Assembly: GCA_015523565.1 (NCBI GenBank)
Contig: WAKA01000180.1
Span: forward strand, 1 to 53,122
Reading direction: 5' to 3'
Origin: Candidatus Heimdallarchaeota archaeon
GTDB lineage: Archaea > Asgardarchaeota > Heimdallarchaeia > Heimdallarchaeales > Kariarchaeaceae
DNA length: 53,122 nucleotides
A program made the translations under genes and the position numbers. Below the pieces are notes generated by a model. That model saw nothing but the letters and a program-made list of their open reading frames with translations, had not been told where the DNA came from and did not search any database. Position 1 is the stretch's first letter. Each line of letters begins with the position of its first letter. Positions 20,530-29,558 of this stretch are shown piece by piece.

Positions 20530-21756
20530 ATGAGTGATGAAATACGTGTTGATGCCGAAATTGCCTTTGTTGGAAATGGTGAAATTGTCAAGGATGCCAC
20601 TATAGTTTTCAACAACCGGGAAATCGTCTATTTTGGCGAACAAGAACATGCACCTGATGTACCGTTTGAAAGGTCAGTTCCTGCCATGATGCCTGGAATG
20701 TGGGAATGCCATACTCATTTTACAGGCTCTTATACTCCGTCTGTTGAAGCCATGCTTTTCATCAACCCTGTTGTTGGTGCAGCTAGGTGCACTTGGGACT
20801 TGAAAGAAACTTTAAAGGCAGGTTTTACAAGTGTCAGGGAGGTTGGTGGATTTGGTGTTCATCTAAACAAGGCTGTTCAAGAAGGGGCTATTATTGGTCC
20901 ACGAATTTATGGTGCTGGGGATATCTTAAGCATTACTGGTGGTCACGGGGATGTACATTCCGCTCCATTGGCTGTATTGGATGCCATGCAGGAAGGATTG
21001 GGCGCTTTGGTTGATGGTGTTGATGAATGCCTAAAGGGTGTAAGAAAACAATTGAGAAAAGGTGCTGAAATTATCAAAGTTTGTGCGTCTGGTGGTGTTA
21101 TGAGTGAAGTCGATCATCCCATCCATCAGCAATTTTCTCTTGAGGAATTGGTGGCAATTGTAGAGGAAGCAAAACGAGCTGAAAGACAGGTTGCCGCCCA
21201 TTGCCATGGCGCGCCTGGCATAAAAGTCGCATTGGAGGCTGGTGTCAAAACAATTGAGCATGGAACATATTTGGATGAAGACTTGGCTCAAATGATGATT
21301 GAAAAAGATGCAATACTGGTTCCAACACGATATGTTGTGGAAAAACTGTACAAGGCAAGTGCCGCCGCCAATGTTCCAGAATATGCCATGGCAAAATTGA
21401 GGGCCTTGTATGACCAACATTTCGAAGCCATGAAAATTGCAATAAAGGAAGGTGTTAAAATTGCCTTAGGAACTGATATGTTTGTTACTGGCCCCAACGG
21501 AATTTTCAGGCATGGTGACAATGCCGAAGAAATTGGTTATTTGGTTAATGCAGGCATGAAACTTGAAGATGCATTGGTTGCTGCCACTGCGAATGGTCCT
21601 TTGACTGTCGGCAAACTTGCGGGCAAGTCTGGTCAATTGAAAGCAGGCTATGCCCCAGATATTCTCTTACTTAAAGAAAACCCATTAAATGATCCAACAG
21701 TATTGACAAACAAGGAAAATATTCTATCTGTCATTAAACAAGGAGTCTTTTATTGA
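20530..21756 (+). CDS. Metal-dependent amidohydrolase (Xaa-Pro dipeptidase-like)
   Basis: PGMWECHTH, GFTSVRE, TGGHGD, IKVCASGG, AHCHG, IEHG, GTD. Confidence 0.9.
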   Translation: MSDEIRVDAEIAFVGNGEIVKDATIVFNNREIVYFGEQEHAPDVPFERSVPAMMPGMWECHTHFTGSYTPSVEAMLFINPVVGAARCTWDLKETLKAGFTSVREVGGFGVHLNKAVQEGAIIGPRIYGAGDILSITGGHGDVHSAPLAVLDAMQEGLGALVDGVDECLKGVRKQLRKGAEIIKVCASGGVMSEVDHPIHQQFSLEELVAIVEEAKRAERQVAAHCHGAPGIKVALEAGVKTIEHGTYLDEDLAQMMIEKDAILVPTRYVVEKLYKASAAANVPEYAMAKLRALYDQHFEAMKIAIKEGVKIALGTDMFVTGPNGIFRHGDNAEEIGYLVNAGMKLEDALVAATANGPLTVGKLAGKSGQLKAGYAPDILLLKENPLNDPTVLTNKENILSVIKQGVFY

Positions 21757-21757
21757 C

Positions 21758-22189
21758 CTACATCTGCTGATAATTCATTCCCTGACGTGCTGCAATTTTC
21801 TTCTTAACCTTTTCCATTGTCAATGCTGATTTATCATCTTCCTGTATTTGTGTACTTATCCCTGAAAAAGAAGATGTAATGGATTTCTTTGTTCCTGCAT
21901 ATGCCATCCTGTCTCTGACAGATGATTCCATTGGCATCCAAAAGAGAAATAACATTCTTGTATCATCAAGCCCGACCCTGTTTTTTATCGGAAAATCATA
22001 AAGGACATATCTTGGTTCATTGTCTGGCAATGATTGCACCAAATGGTCAAACGGCTCATCACTTCTTTTTTCAAGTGTTATCTGTCCATCATGAATTTTC
22101 AACACCATTCCTTGAGGTTTTTTCTCAAATCTCATTTTGTTGTACTCTTCAATTAGCTCAGGTGGAATTTCAATGCCTGTTGTACTCAT
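21758..22189 (-). CDS. ADF/cofilin family actin-depolymerizing factor homology (ADF-H) protein
   Basis: 143 aa, colinear by eye with eukaryotic cofilins: MSTTGI, LPDNEPRYVLYDF, RMLFLFWMP, VRDRMAYAGTKKSI, GISTQIQ. Confidence 0.9.
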   Translation of the reverse strand: MSTTGIEIPPELIEEYNKMRFEKKPQGMVLKIHDGQITLEKRSDEPFDHLVQSLPDNEPRYVLYDFPIKNRVGLDDTRMLFLFWMPMESSVRDRMAYAGTKKSITSSFSGISTQIQEDDKSALTMEKVKKKIAARQGMNYQQM

Positions 22190-22217
22190 TTTCCTCTTTT
22201 TAGTTTCAATTTCCCCG

Positions 22218-22231
22218 CATATAAACTTTAT
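22218..22231 (-). promoter_or_regulatory. Putative BRE/TATA box of the cofilin-like gene
   Basis: Minus strand reads ATAAAG-TTTATATG about 30 nt upstream of ATG 22189; GAGG lies just before the ATG. Confidence 0.5.
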
Positions 22232-22271
22232 AGGATAAACGGGATTAATTGTGATAATTTGGTTTCACCTG

Positions 22272-22283
22272 CAAATTTAAATT
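22272..22283 (+). promoter_or_regulatory. Putative TATA box of the RNase P RNA gene
   Basis: CAAATTTAAATT centred about 28 nt upstream of the P1 helix start (22306). Confidence 0.5.
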
Positions 22284-22305
22284 CATGGCATCCCATATCC
22301 CCATA

Positions 22306-22586
22306 AGGAGAGACGGTGATGGCTGGCGGAGTCCTTTGGCTCTGAGGAAAGTCCAAGCACCACAAGGCAAGCGGTATAGGCGCAAGCCTATCATGCGAGA
22401 GCATGGCTCTGGTTACAGAAACGAACTTTTCCTTATGGAAATGCTGAAACGAACCACCACCGCTGGTGAAATTGCAAGCAGGATCCTATGAATCGCCTTG
22501 TGAGGATCCGGGTAGCAAGAGTAGATGAATGCCATCAGACCTTGGCTTTTTAGCAGGTCTACAAAACTTGGATTACCGTCTCACCT
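22306..22586 (+). ncRNA. rnpB: RNase P RNA (archaeal)
   Basis: Conserved GAGGAAAGTCC (CR-I), ACAGAAA and TGAAAC, and ACAAAACTTGGATTA (CR-V). P1 helix aggagagacggt/accgtctcacct; P4 pairing aagtccaag/cttggatt. Confidence 0.93.
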
Positions 22587-22587
22587 G

Positions 22588-23250
22588 TTAAAACAGTTCT
22601 TTTGCGTTTTTCATTGGCTTGAATGCCCCAGTATATGATTGGGGGAATCTTACAAAAGCCTCTGCATGGTCTGTTCCAGCTTGTATCCCTCTCAATTTTG
22701 TACGATGGTTATGAAACTGTGAATAGAAGCCTTGACCTCCTTTATGCAATTGACTTTCATAACATTGAATTGCTTTCATCCTTTTATCATTTTCATCTGT
22801 AATATCAACCAAAATTTCAGGGAATGGTATAAGCACTGTGGTTTCTGCACCAAAAACTCCCTTAACTTGATGGGCGTCTCTATCCGCTGTTGTATGGCTA
22901 GCCCACTCCACCGCTTCCAATACGATATGGTGAACTCTTCTATGCTCTCTATGATAATCAAATGGGACGTGTGTTATGATATATTCTGGCTTAATCTCAA
23001 TTATCAAAGATATTATTTGTTTGATAATCTCGTCATTGTTTGCAGGTGTTACATTTCTATTCTTAAGAACAATCGGTCTGGCGCCAAGAATTTTACATGC
23101 AGATTTGAATTCCTCTTCCCTGTTTGGATCCGATGTCACACTGACTGCCCATGCTCCTCCTTTTTTTGCATAAATGGCCAAAGTTCCTCCTGCTGAAAAT
23201 GTCTCATCATCTTGATGTGCAAATATTGTCATAATCCGTTGCTTTTCCAT
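22588..23250 (-). CDS. PIG-L/LmbE-family de-N-acetylase, candidate BshB
   Basis: AHQDDE metal motif, DYHREH, Y.SQ, AEAF. ATG 23250 likely; the ORF is open to 23283. Confidence 0.85.
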   Translation of the reverse strand: MEKQRIMTIFAHQDDETFSAGGTLAIYAKKGGAWAVSVTSDPNREEEFKSACKILGARPIVLKNRNVTPANNDEIIKQIISLIIEIKPEYIITHVPFDYHREHRRVHHIVLEAVEWASHTTADRDAHQVKGVFGAETTVLIPFPEILVDITDENDKRMKAIQCYESQLHKGGQGFYSQFHNHRTKLRGIQAGTDHAEAFVRFPQSYTGAFKPMKNAKELF

Positions 23251-23392
23251 TAAAAACGCTCCAATTTCTAAAAATATTTGCATGTTAAAACTCTCATGTT
23301 GGTGAAATCACTAAATTTTCACAAATCTCTCACAATTTCAAGAATTTCTTCTTGAATCAAGACCACATCCATTTAATCCCACTTTTCGGTGC

Positions 23393-25588
23393 ATGAATAT
23401 GGTCTATTCTTTGGTTGCCTCAAAACTCAATCTCTCTGAAAATCAGGTCAGGACTGTCATGGGACTTGTTGAAAAAGGTGCAACAGTTCCTTTCATTGCA
23501 CGATACAGAAAGGAAATGACAAATGGTCTTGATGAAGAGGCAATTCGGAACATTATTTCTGAAACTGAAAAACAAAAAAAGCTGGCTGATAGGAAACTCT
23601 CCATTATTTCTTCTTTAAAAGAAAGAAACATTCTTTTTGAATCTCTCGAAAACATGATCAAAAATGCCCAGACTCTTGCAGAATTGGAATCCATTTATTC
23701 CCCCTATAAGACGTCAAGAAAAACAAGAGCTCAAAAAGCAAGGGAAATGGGTCTTGACGTATTGGTTGAGAAATTCAAGAAAACACCTCGGCAATTAAGA
23801 AGTATTATGCAGGATTTTCTCTCAACATCATCCTTCGATGAAGAAACGGTTGTGGATGGAATTAAAGACATTATCGCCGAAGATATGAGCGTGAATCAAA
23901 AGAGCAGGGAAAAATCTCTTGTTCTTTCACGCCAACAAGGTTATCTTCAAACCACACCTATTCCCCCAGAAAAACGGAAGGCCGCAAAAGGATATGAAGG
24001 ACAGGAAATGAAAGAATCCAAAATCGCTGAAGATGTAATGCAGCTAAAAATTTCTAGATTACGACCTCACCAGGCGTTGGCACTCAGAAGGGCTGAAAAG
24101 CGTGGTCAAATAAAGCTTAAATGGGAATTTCCTGAAAAAAGGATTATTTCAATACTTAAAGAAAACTTTCCTGTGAAATCAAGGGATATAGATGGCTTTG
24201 CTCAAAAGGTACTTGATGAATCCGCCAAAGATTCATACTCTCGATTATTGGGTCCAAGTCTTCAAAGACAAATTTATCGTGAACTCATAGAAAAAGCCGA
24301 ACAACATTCTATAGATGTATTTGCGAAAAATGTAAAAAACCTACTCTTACAACCCCCTCTTAAGGGTCATAAAATCATGGGACTGGATCCTGGTCTCAGG
24401 ACAGGCACAAAGGTTGCAATAATTGATGAAAATGGCAGTGTATTATATACTAGTACCGTCAATACCCTATCCACTAATTCTGCTGAAAAAGAATTTACCC
24501 ATCTTATCAATACCTATCATGTCACTTATATTGCATTAGGCAATGGTACTGGATCTAGAGATGTAGAAAAAATTCTTTCAAACATTTTCAAGAAAACTGG
24601 GTGCAAATATGCTATTGTTCCAGAAACTGGTGCCTCTGTATATTCCGCAAGTAAATTGGCACAGCAGGAATTTCCAGATCTTGATGTCTCTTTACGTGGT
24701 GCAATTTCCATTGCCCGTAGACTGATGGACCCAATGGCTGAACTCATAAAAATTGATCCCAAATCATTGGGTATTGGTCAATATCAACACGATCTCAATC
24801 AGAAATTACTCCAAAAAAAATTAGATGAGACATTGGAAGAAGTGGTGAACCTTGTTGGTGTTGATGTGAATACTGCATCTAGCCACCTTCTTCAATATGT
24901 GTCTGGGTTGAACAAGAAAATTGCTGATGCAATTGTAAAATTTCGAAAGACTAAACCTATAACAAACCGTGAGATGCTGAAATCAATCAAGGGGATTGGA
25001 GAAAAAACCTTTGAACAGTCCGCAGGTTTTTTGAGGGTATACAACGGCGATAATCCTCTTGATGCGACATCAATCCACCCAGAATCCTACTCTGTAACTA
25101 CTCAATTCCTTAGCAAACTTGGTTTTGAACTTTCAGACCTGCAAAAGAATCATTCTTCTGTTCAAAAAACAATCTCAAAACTTTCTTCCAAACAAATCAA
25201 TTCCTTTATCGAGGAACTTAACATTGGAAAAGAAACCTTTTTGGATATTTTAGATAATCTGAAAAACCCATTTTTTGATCCACGTGGTTCATTCCAAGAA
25301 ACAATGTTTGATCAAAACGTACGAACTATCGAAGATCTTGAGGTTGGCATGATACTTCCTGGCGAAGTCAGAAATGTCACCGATTTTGGTGCGTTTGTTG
25401 ATATAGGTGTTAAACATGATGGTCTTGTTCATATTTCCCAATTGTCCGATAAATTTGTAAACCATCCCAGCGAAGTGGTAAAGGTCGGGCAAAAAGTTCA
25501 TGTGAAAATAATCTCTGTGGAAAAAAATCGGATCTCACTTTCCATGAAAGAAGTAAAAGATAAATCCCTACTTCAAAAAGAAAATTAG
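23393..25588 (+). CDS. tex: Tex transcription accessory protein (YqgF, HhH and S1 domains; Spt6-related)
   Basis: TVPFIARYRKE, GLDPGLRTG, GASVYSAS, DPMAELIKIDPKSLGIGQYQHD, S1 motif FGAFVDIG...GLVHISQ. Confidence 0.95.
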   Translation: MNMVYSLVASKLNLSENQVRTVMGLVEKGATVPFIARYRKEMTNGLDEEAIRNIISETEKQKKLADRKLSIISSLKERNILFESLENMIKNAQTLAELESIYSPYKTSRKTRAQKAREMGLDVLVEKFKKTPRQLRSIMQDFLSTSSFDEETVVDGIKDIIAEDMSVNQKSREKSLVLSRQQGYLQTTPIPPEKRKAAKGYEGQEMKESKIAEDVMQLKISRLRPHQALALRRAEKRGQIKLKWEFPEKRIISILKENFPVKSRDIDGFAQKVLDESAKDSYSRLLGPSLQRQIYRELIEKAEQHSIDVFAKNVKNLLLQPPLKGHKIMGLDPGLRTGTKVAIIDENGSVLYTSTVNTLSTNSAEKEFTHLINTYHVTYIALGNGTGSRDVEKILSNIFKKTGCKYAIVPETGASVYSASKLAQQEFPDLDVSLRGAISIARRLMDPMAELIKIDPKSLGIGQYQHDLNQKLLQKKLDETLEEVVNLVGVDVNTASSHLLQYVSGLNKKIADAIVKFRKTKPITNREMLKSIKGIGEKTFEQSAGFLRVYNGDNPLDATSIHPESYSVTTQFLSKLGFELSDLQKNHSSVQKTISKLSSKQINSFIEELNIGKETFLDILDNLKNPFFDPRGSFQETMFDQNVRTIEDLEVGMILPGEVRNVTDFGAFVDIGVKHDGLVHISQLSDKFVNHPSEVVKVGQKVHVKIISVEKNRISLSMKEVKDKSLLQKEN

Positions 25589-25649
25589 AAAACTTTTATA
25601 CTTTTGAAAGATAATGTAAGCTATCCCTGATAATTTATGGAGATGTCAT

Positions 25650-27827
25650 GTGGTGATGTCGGAACAAATACCCCTTAAAATTCCAGATGAGTATCAATTT
25701 CTGTTTGATGCGATACCTGAAAAAGACAAGGAAAGTTTCTATATAACTTGGGCTCGAATGGAGAATGGAGGGGATCTTTTCCTTGATTTCACGAAATCCA
25801 TAAAAAGAACTCTTGAAATTTGGAAATCACCACACCCTATGTGGCTTTACATTTATTCCAGACTTATTTTTACACAATCACGGTATGATATTCTAGAGAA
25901 ATTGGCAAAACAATATCCCAATGATTCTTCAATAAAACTACATCTTGCACGAGTCATGATTTACAAAACAGAGTTTGACAAGGCAAAAGAGCTGTGCGAT
26001 GATATTCTCCTAAAAATAGACTTGGAAAGAGAGAGCAACTTGCTGGATACCATCATTCTTTTGGACACATATTTCACAATCGGCATGATTCATATTTATA
26101 AAAGAGAGTTTGAGATGGCTGATGAAATAATTGAGAAATATGAAAGCCTGACGGATCAACATCGCGTCAAAAAATGGATCCCCAAATCAGAATTTGCAAG
26201 CTATCTTATTCCATCATACCTCTTAAAATCTCTCAAGGCTTTATACACTGGTCAATTTGATCTGCTCTCTACCACTGTTCATGAAGTCAACAATTGGTTC
26301 CCTGGTGTCAAAGATCTCTGGTATCGAGGTTTCTATCTGAACTTGTCTGGTATCGCAAACATCATGGCAAATGAAACCAACAGGGGGATTCAAGATTTAA
26401 AAATGGCATTAAGATGCTATAAGAAGTTGCATGACAGAAGAGATTATTCCGTGGTTGGGGCTAATCTTGCAGTCACATTGATATTGCAAGGTAAAAGAGG
26501 AGAAGGGCGAGATGTACTTGAATCTCTTCTTGATCCTTTGGAAGAACTCCAAAATTATAATCTTGCATTAACCCATACCTTGTTAGTTAGTAAGTTGTAC
26601 ATGGATGAAAAGAAGAATTCCAAAGCCAAAGAATTATTGCAGAGAGCCGAAAGTCTCGCAAAGAAAGTGGAAATAACCGAACCTGCCACATTTGCATACT
26701 TTGCAATTTTGCATTCCCGACTTGGAAATCCTGAACGGGCAGAGTATTACAGTCAGAAACTGAAGTCAATGATTGACCCTGACCTTTTAAACTTTAAAGG
26801 GGAGATTGAACTTCCTGAAAATACACATGGAAAAGACCTTTATACTGCTATTTGGTATCTGAATGCATCATCAATCCAGTCCATGCTCCAAGGGAATCTC
26901 AAAGATTCATATCAAATTTTGACTCAAGCCCTTGAAATTGCAGAAAAAGAGAACATGTATGATTCTGTCCTTGAGCTTTCAACAGTTTTCATTGAGGTAC
27001 TCCTGAAAAAATATATGATTGAAAATGATACTTCCTACCTTCATGAAGCCATTGACGTTCTTGCAGATTTAAGGCCTCTTATCCTTCAAATTGAAAATCC
27101 CTACTACAATACCCTCATTTTCTTAACACAGATTTACATTCTAATTGCCTTAAATCAAATTAATGCTGCATTGAACCTTGCTGATGAAGTTCAAGACCTT
27201 TATTTGAAAACGGCAGTCGATATCCGTGGGGATCAATCCTATGAATTGGAATTGGTCACCAAGAGATTGGATGCGTTAACTCGCCCTCGAACTCCAGAAG
27301 AAGATGAAATTGGATACAACGTTTGGTTTTTGGGAAATTCCTATGTAAGTAAACTTGCGGCATTTGAGGCAATTAGACTAATCAATGATCTTCAAATCCA
27401 ACAAAGTGCAATCGGTGAAAAACCAAGAGAAACATCATCTAAACCTTCTTTGGTATTGATAACTCAGTCCACTGGTCAAGGTGTTTTTTCAAGAACCATG
27501 GATGAAAACGACCAAATTGATGAACAACTAATTTCTGCATTCCTAATGGCAATATCGACCTTTTCAAAAGAGGTTTTGGGTGGTGGAAGTCTTAACAAGA
27601 TAGAACAGGTAGGGCATGTACTCTTGATGGAACATATTGGAAAGGGATATACCGCAGTTTTGGTTATTAAGGAAGATTCGTATACTATCCGTAAAAAATT
27701 CAAAAAATTCATCAATGAGTTAAAAATGTTGCGTATTACCGATTATTTTGGTATAGAGTCCTTATTATCCCCTGGAGACCCACAATACGAGTTAATCAAC
27801 AATCTTGTTGAAGAGATATTTTTCTAG
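25650..27827 (+). CDS. TPR-like helical repeat protein with a C-terminal longin-like domain
   Basis: TPR-like helices (LNLSGIA...ALRCY, ANLAVTL). C-terminus LITQSTGQGVFS...DEQLISAFLMAISTFSKEV...I.Q is a longin-like pattern. Confidence 0.7.
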   Translation: MVMSEQIPLKIPDEYQFLFDAIPEKDKESFYITWARMENGGDLFLDFTKSIKRTLEIWKSPHPMWLYIYSRLIFTQSRYDILEKLAKQYPNDSSIKLHLARVMIYKTEFDKAKELCDDILLKIDLERESNLLDTIILLDTYFTIGMIHIYKREFEMADEIIEKYESLTDQHRVKKWIPKSEFASYLIPSYLLKSLKALYTGQFDLLSTTVHEVNNWFPGVKDLWYRGFYLNLSGIANIMANETNRGIQDLKMALRCYKKLHDRRDYSVVGANLAVTLILQGKRGEGRDVLESLLDPLEELQNYNLALTHTLLVSKLYMDEKKNSKAKELLQRAESLAKKVEITEPATFAYFAILHSRLGNPERAEYYSQKLKSMIDPDLLNFKGEIELPENTHGKDLYTAIWYLNASSIQSMLQGNLKDSYQILTQALEIAEKENMYDSVLELSTVFIEVLLKKYMIENDTSYLHEAIDVLADLRPLILQIENPYYNTLIFLTQIYILIALNQINAALNLADEVQDLYLKTAVDIRGDQSYELELVTKRLDALTRPRTPEEDEIGYNVWFLGNSYVSKLAAFEAIRLINDLQIQQSAIGEKPRETSSKPSLVLITQSTGQGVFSRTMDENDQIDEQLISAFLMAISTFSKEVLGGGSLNKIEQVGHVLLMEHIGKGYTAVLVIKEDSYTIRKKFKKFINELKMLRITDYFGIESLLSPGDPQYELINNLVEEIFF

Positions 27828-28360
27828 TTTTCTTCTCCATAAAGCTCATCCATAATATGTTTTTGAATTTCAACGACTTCTGATGACGTTTTCGCCTTCG
27901 AATATTTTTCCAATCGTTCAAAATTCAATTGAATGAATGTGTTGCCATACTTGAAGTGACTTGCATATTTTTTTGCCTTGTCCTTATATCCTAAAATCCA
28001 TAGGGCGGCAATGGTTGCCTCAATGGTGTTCAATTTTGTCGGTTTTCCGAAATTCACGGTATTGGCCGCAACAAGAAATGGTAGGGCTCGAGGTATCCCC
28101 TTCTGAAAAAATGGCTTCAATGACTCTATCTGGTTCCAACTCCCATCAATCAACACCAATCCAAACTCTTCTACAACTTCTCTATCTGCAGGTGAAAGGG
28201 CAATGTTTGATATGGGCGAAAGAACAAGTGCCTTTCCTATTTTATTTGCTTTAATGATCTTTGCAAGTCCAAATCTAATCATGCGACTTCCTGAACATTT
28301 CTTGGGATCGCATTGATCAAAATGAATGATTTTTACATTGGGCTTTGACATATGTTCCAC
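27824..28360 (-). CDS. tsr3: rRNA aminocarboxypropyltransferase Tsr3
   Basis: DQCDPKKCSG, LSPAD, DGSW, RALPFLVAANTVNFGKP, LNTIEA. Confidence 0.93.
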   Translation of the reverse strand: MEHMSKPNVKIIHFDQCDPKKCSGSRMIRFGLAKIIKANKIGKALVLSPISNIALSPADREVVEEFGLVLIDGSWNQIESLKPFFQKGIPRALPFLVAANTVNFGKPTKLNTIEATIAALWILGYKDKAKKYASHFKYGNTFIQLNFERLEKYSKAKTSSEVVEIQKHIMDELYGEEN

Positions 28361-28460
28361 TCTTACGTTGGTTTTCTTTTAAAAAATGATTAGTTTTGTT
28401 TTGCCTATCTCTTATAGGTCATCCTAAAATCTTATTTACTTTGCCTTAATTTTTAAAGCA

Positions 28461-29558
28461 TTGAAAATAGGTATTGTTGGCTATCCCACTCTAGGTGGCA
28501 GTGGGATGGTTGCTTTCAACCTTGCATCAGAATTGGCTAATGCAGGTCATATTGTCCATTATATATCCTACAAGCCACCTTTTTTTTATTCCGAAAAATT
28601 AGTTTCTGATAACCTAAAATTCCACCAAGTGCCTATTCAAACATATCCACTCTTCCGCGATATCGGCTCAAATTATGGAATTCAATTAAGTAGCTACCTG
28701 ATTTCTCTACAGAAAAGAGAACCTATGGATCTGATTAACGTTCACTATTCAATTCCACATGCAGTAAGTGCCTATCTTCTAAATCAAGCAACAAATATTC
28801 CTGTCATTAACACTTTTCATGGTTCAGACGTTCATTTATTGGGACAAATGGACAACTTCAATCAGACTCTGAAGGCAGTTCTTCCTTCATTGTATAATAC
28901 GGCTGTATCAAATTTCCTTGCAAAACTTGCCCAAAGAACTTTTGACTTGAAGGAAATTCCCTCTACAATCTACAATTTTGTGGACAATCAAAAATTTTAT
29001 CCGATCCCTTCTGAAAATCGTGAACTCACAATTGTTGCGGCAGGAAACTACAGACCGATTAAACGCTTTCCATTCTTGGTAAAAACCTTCGCAAAAATAT
29101 GCAGAGACTATCCGGATTGGAAGCTTAGAATGATCGGAGATGGTCCTGAAAGATCTCTTTGCTATAAGATTGCTTATGACCTAAAAGTAACGAAACATGT
29201 CGAATTTGTTCCACCAACAAAGAACATTCCTTTAGAGTTGCAAAAAGCTTCAATTTTGGCGGCTCCAAGCCAAATGGAATCTTTTGGGTTGACTATTGCT
29301 GAAGGGATGTCTTCTGGATTACCAATTTGGGCTTCAAGAGTTGGTGGAATTCCTGAAGTCTGTATTCATGGTGAAAATGGTTTGCTTTTCCATCCTAGTG
29401 ATGACCAAGGTGCGGAAATGGCTCTAAGAACACTTATGGATGACCGCTCACTTCGAGAAAGGCTTGGAAAAAAGGCAAGGGAACGAATTTTAAATTATTT
29501 CAATCCACAAAAGATTGTGAATGAGTATTTAAAATTTTACAGGAAAATCGCGAACTAA
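28461..29558 (+). CDS. bshA: N-acetyl-alpha-D-glucosaminyl L-malate synthase (GT4)
   Basis: BshA-typical KIGIVGYPTLGGSG, YPLF, HYSIPHA, FHGSDV, IYNFVD, NYRPIKR, ESFGL..AE. Confidence 0.85.
   Translation: MKIGIVGYPTLGGSGMVAFNLASELANAGHIVHYISYKPPFFYSEKLVSDNLKFHQVPIQTYPLFRDIGSNYGIQLSSYLISLQKREPMDLINVHYSIPHAVSAYLLNQATNIPVINTFHGSDVHLLGQMDNFNQTLKAVLPSLYNTAVSNFLAKLAQRTFDLKEIPSTIYNFVDNQKFYPIPSENRELTIVAAGNYRPIKRFPFLVKTFAKICRDYPDWKLRMIGDGPERSLCYKIAYDLKVTKHVEFVPPTKNIPLELQKASILAAPSQMESFGLTIAEGMSSGLPIWASRVGGIPEVCIHGENGLLFHPSDDQGAEMALRTLMDDRSLRERLGKKARERILNYFNPQKIVNEYLKFYRKIAN

Noticed and set aside
21758-22189. Eukaryotic contamination as the source of the cofilin gene
   Set aside because: No introns, archaeal-style promoter and SD, composition similar to neighbours, and tight packing (1-nt gap) against prokaryotic genes. 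Read-level confirmation is still advisable.
22285-22491. 68-aa ORF
   Set aside because: It overlaps the RNase P RNA, which explains the sequence.
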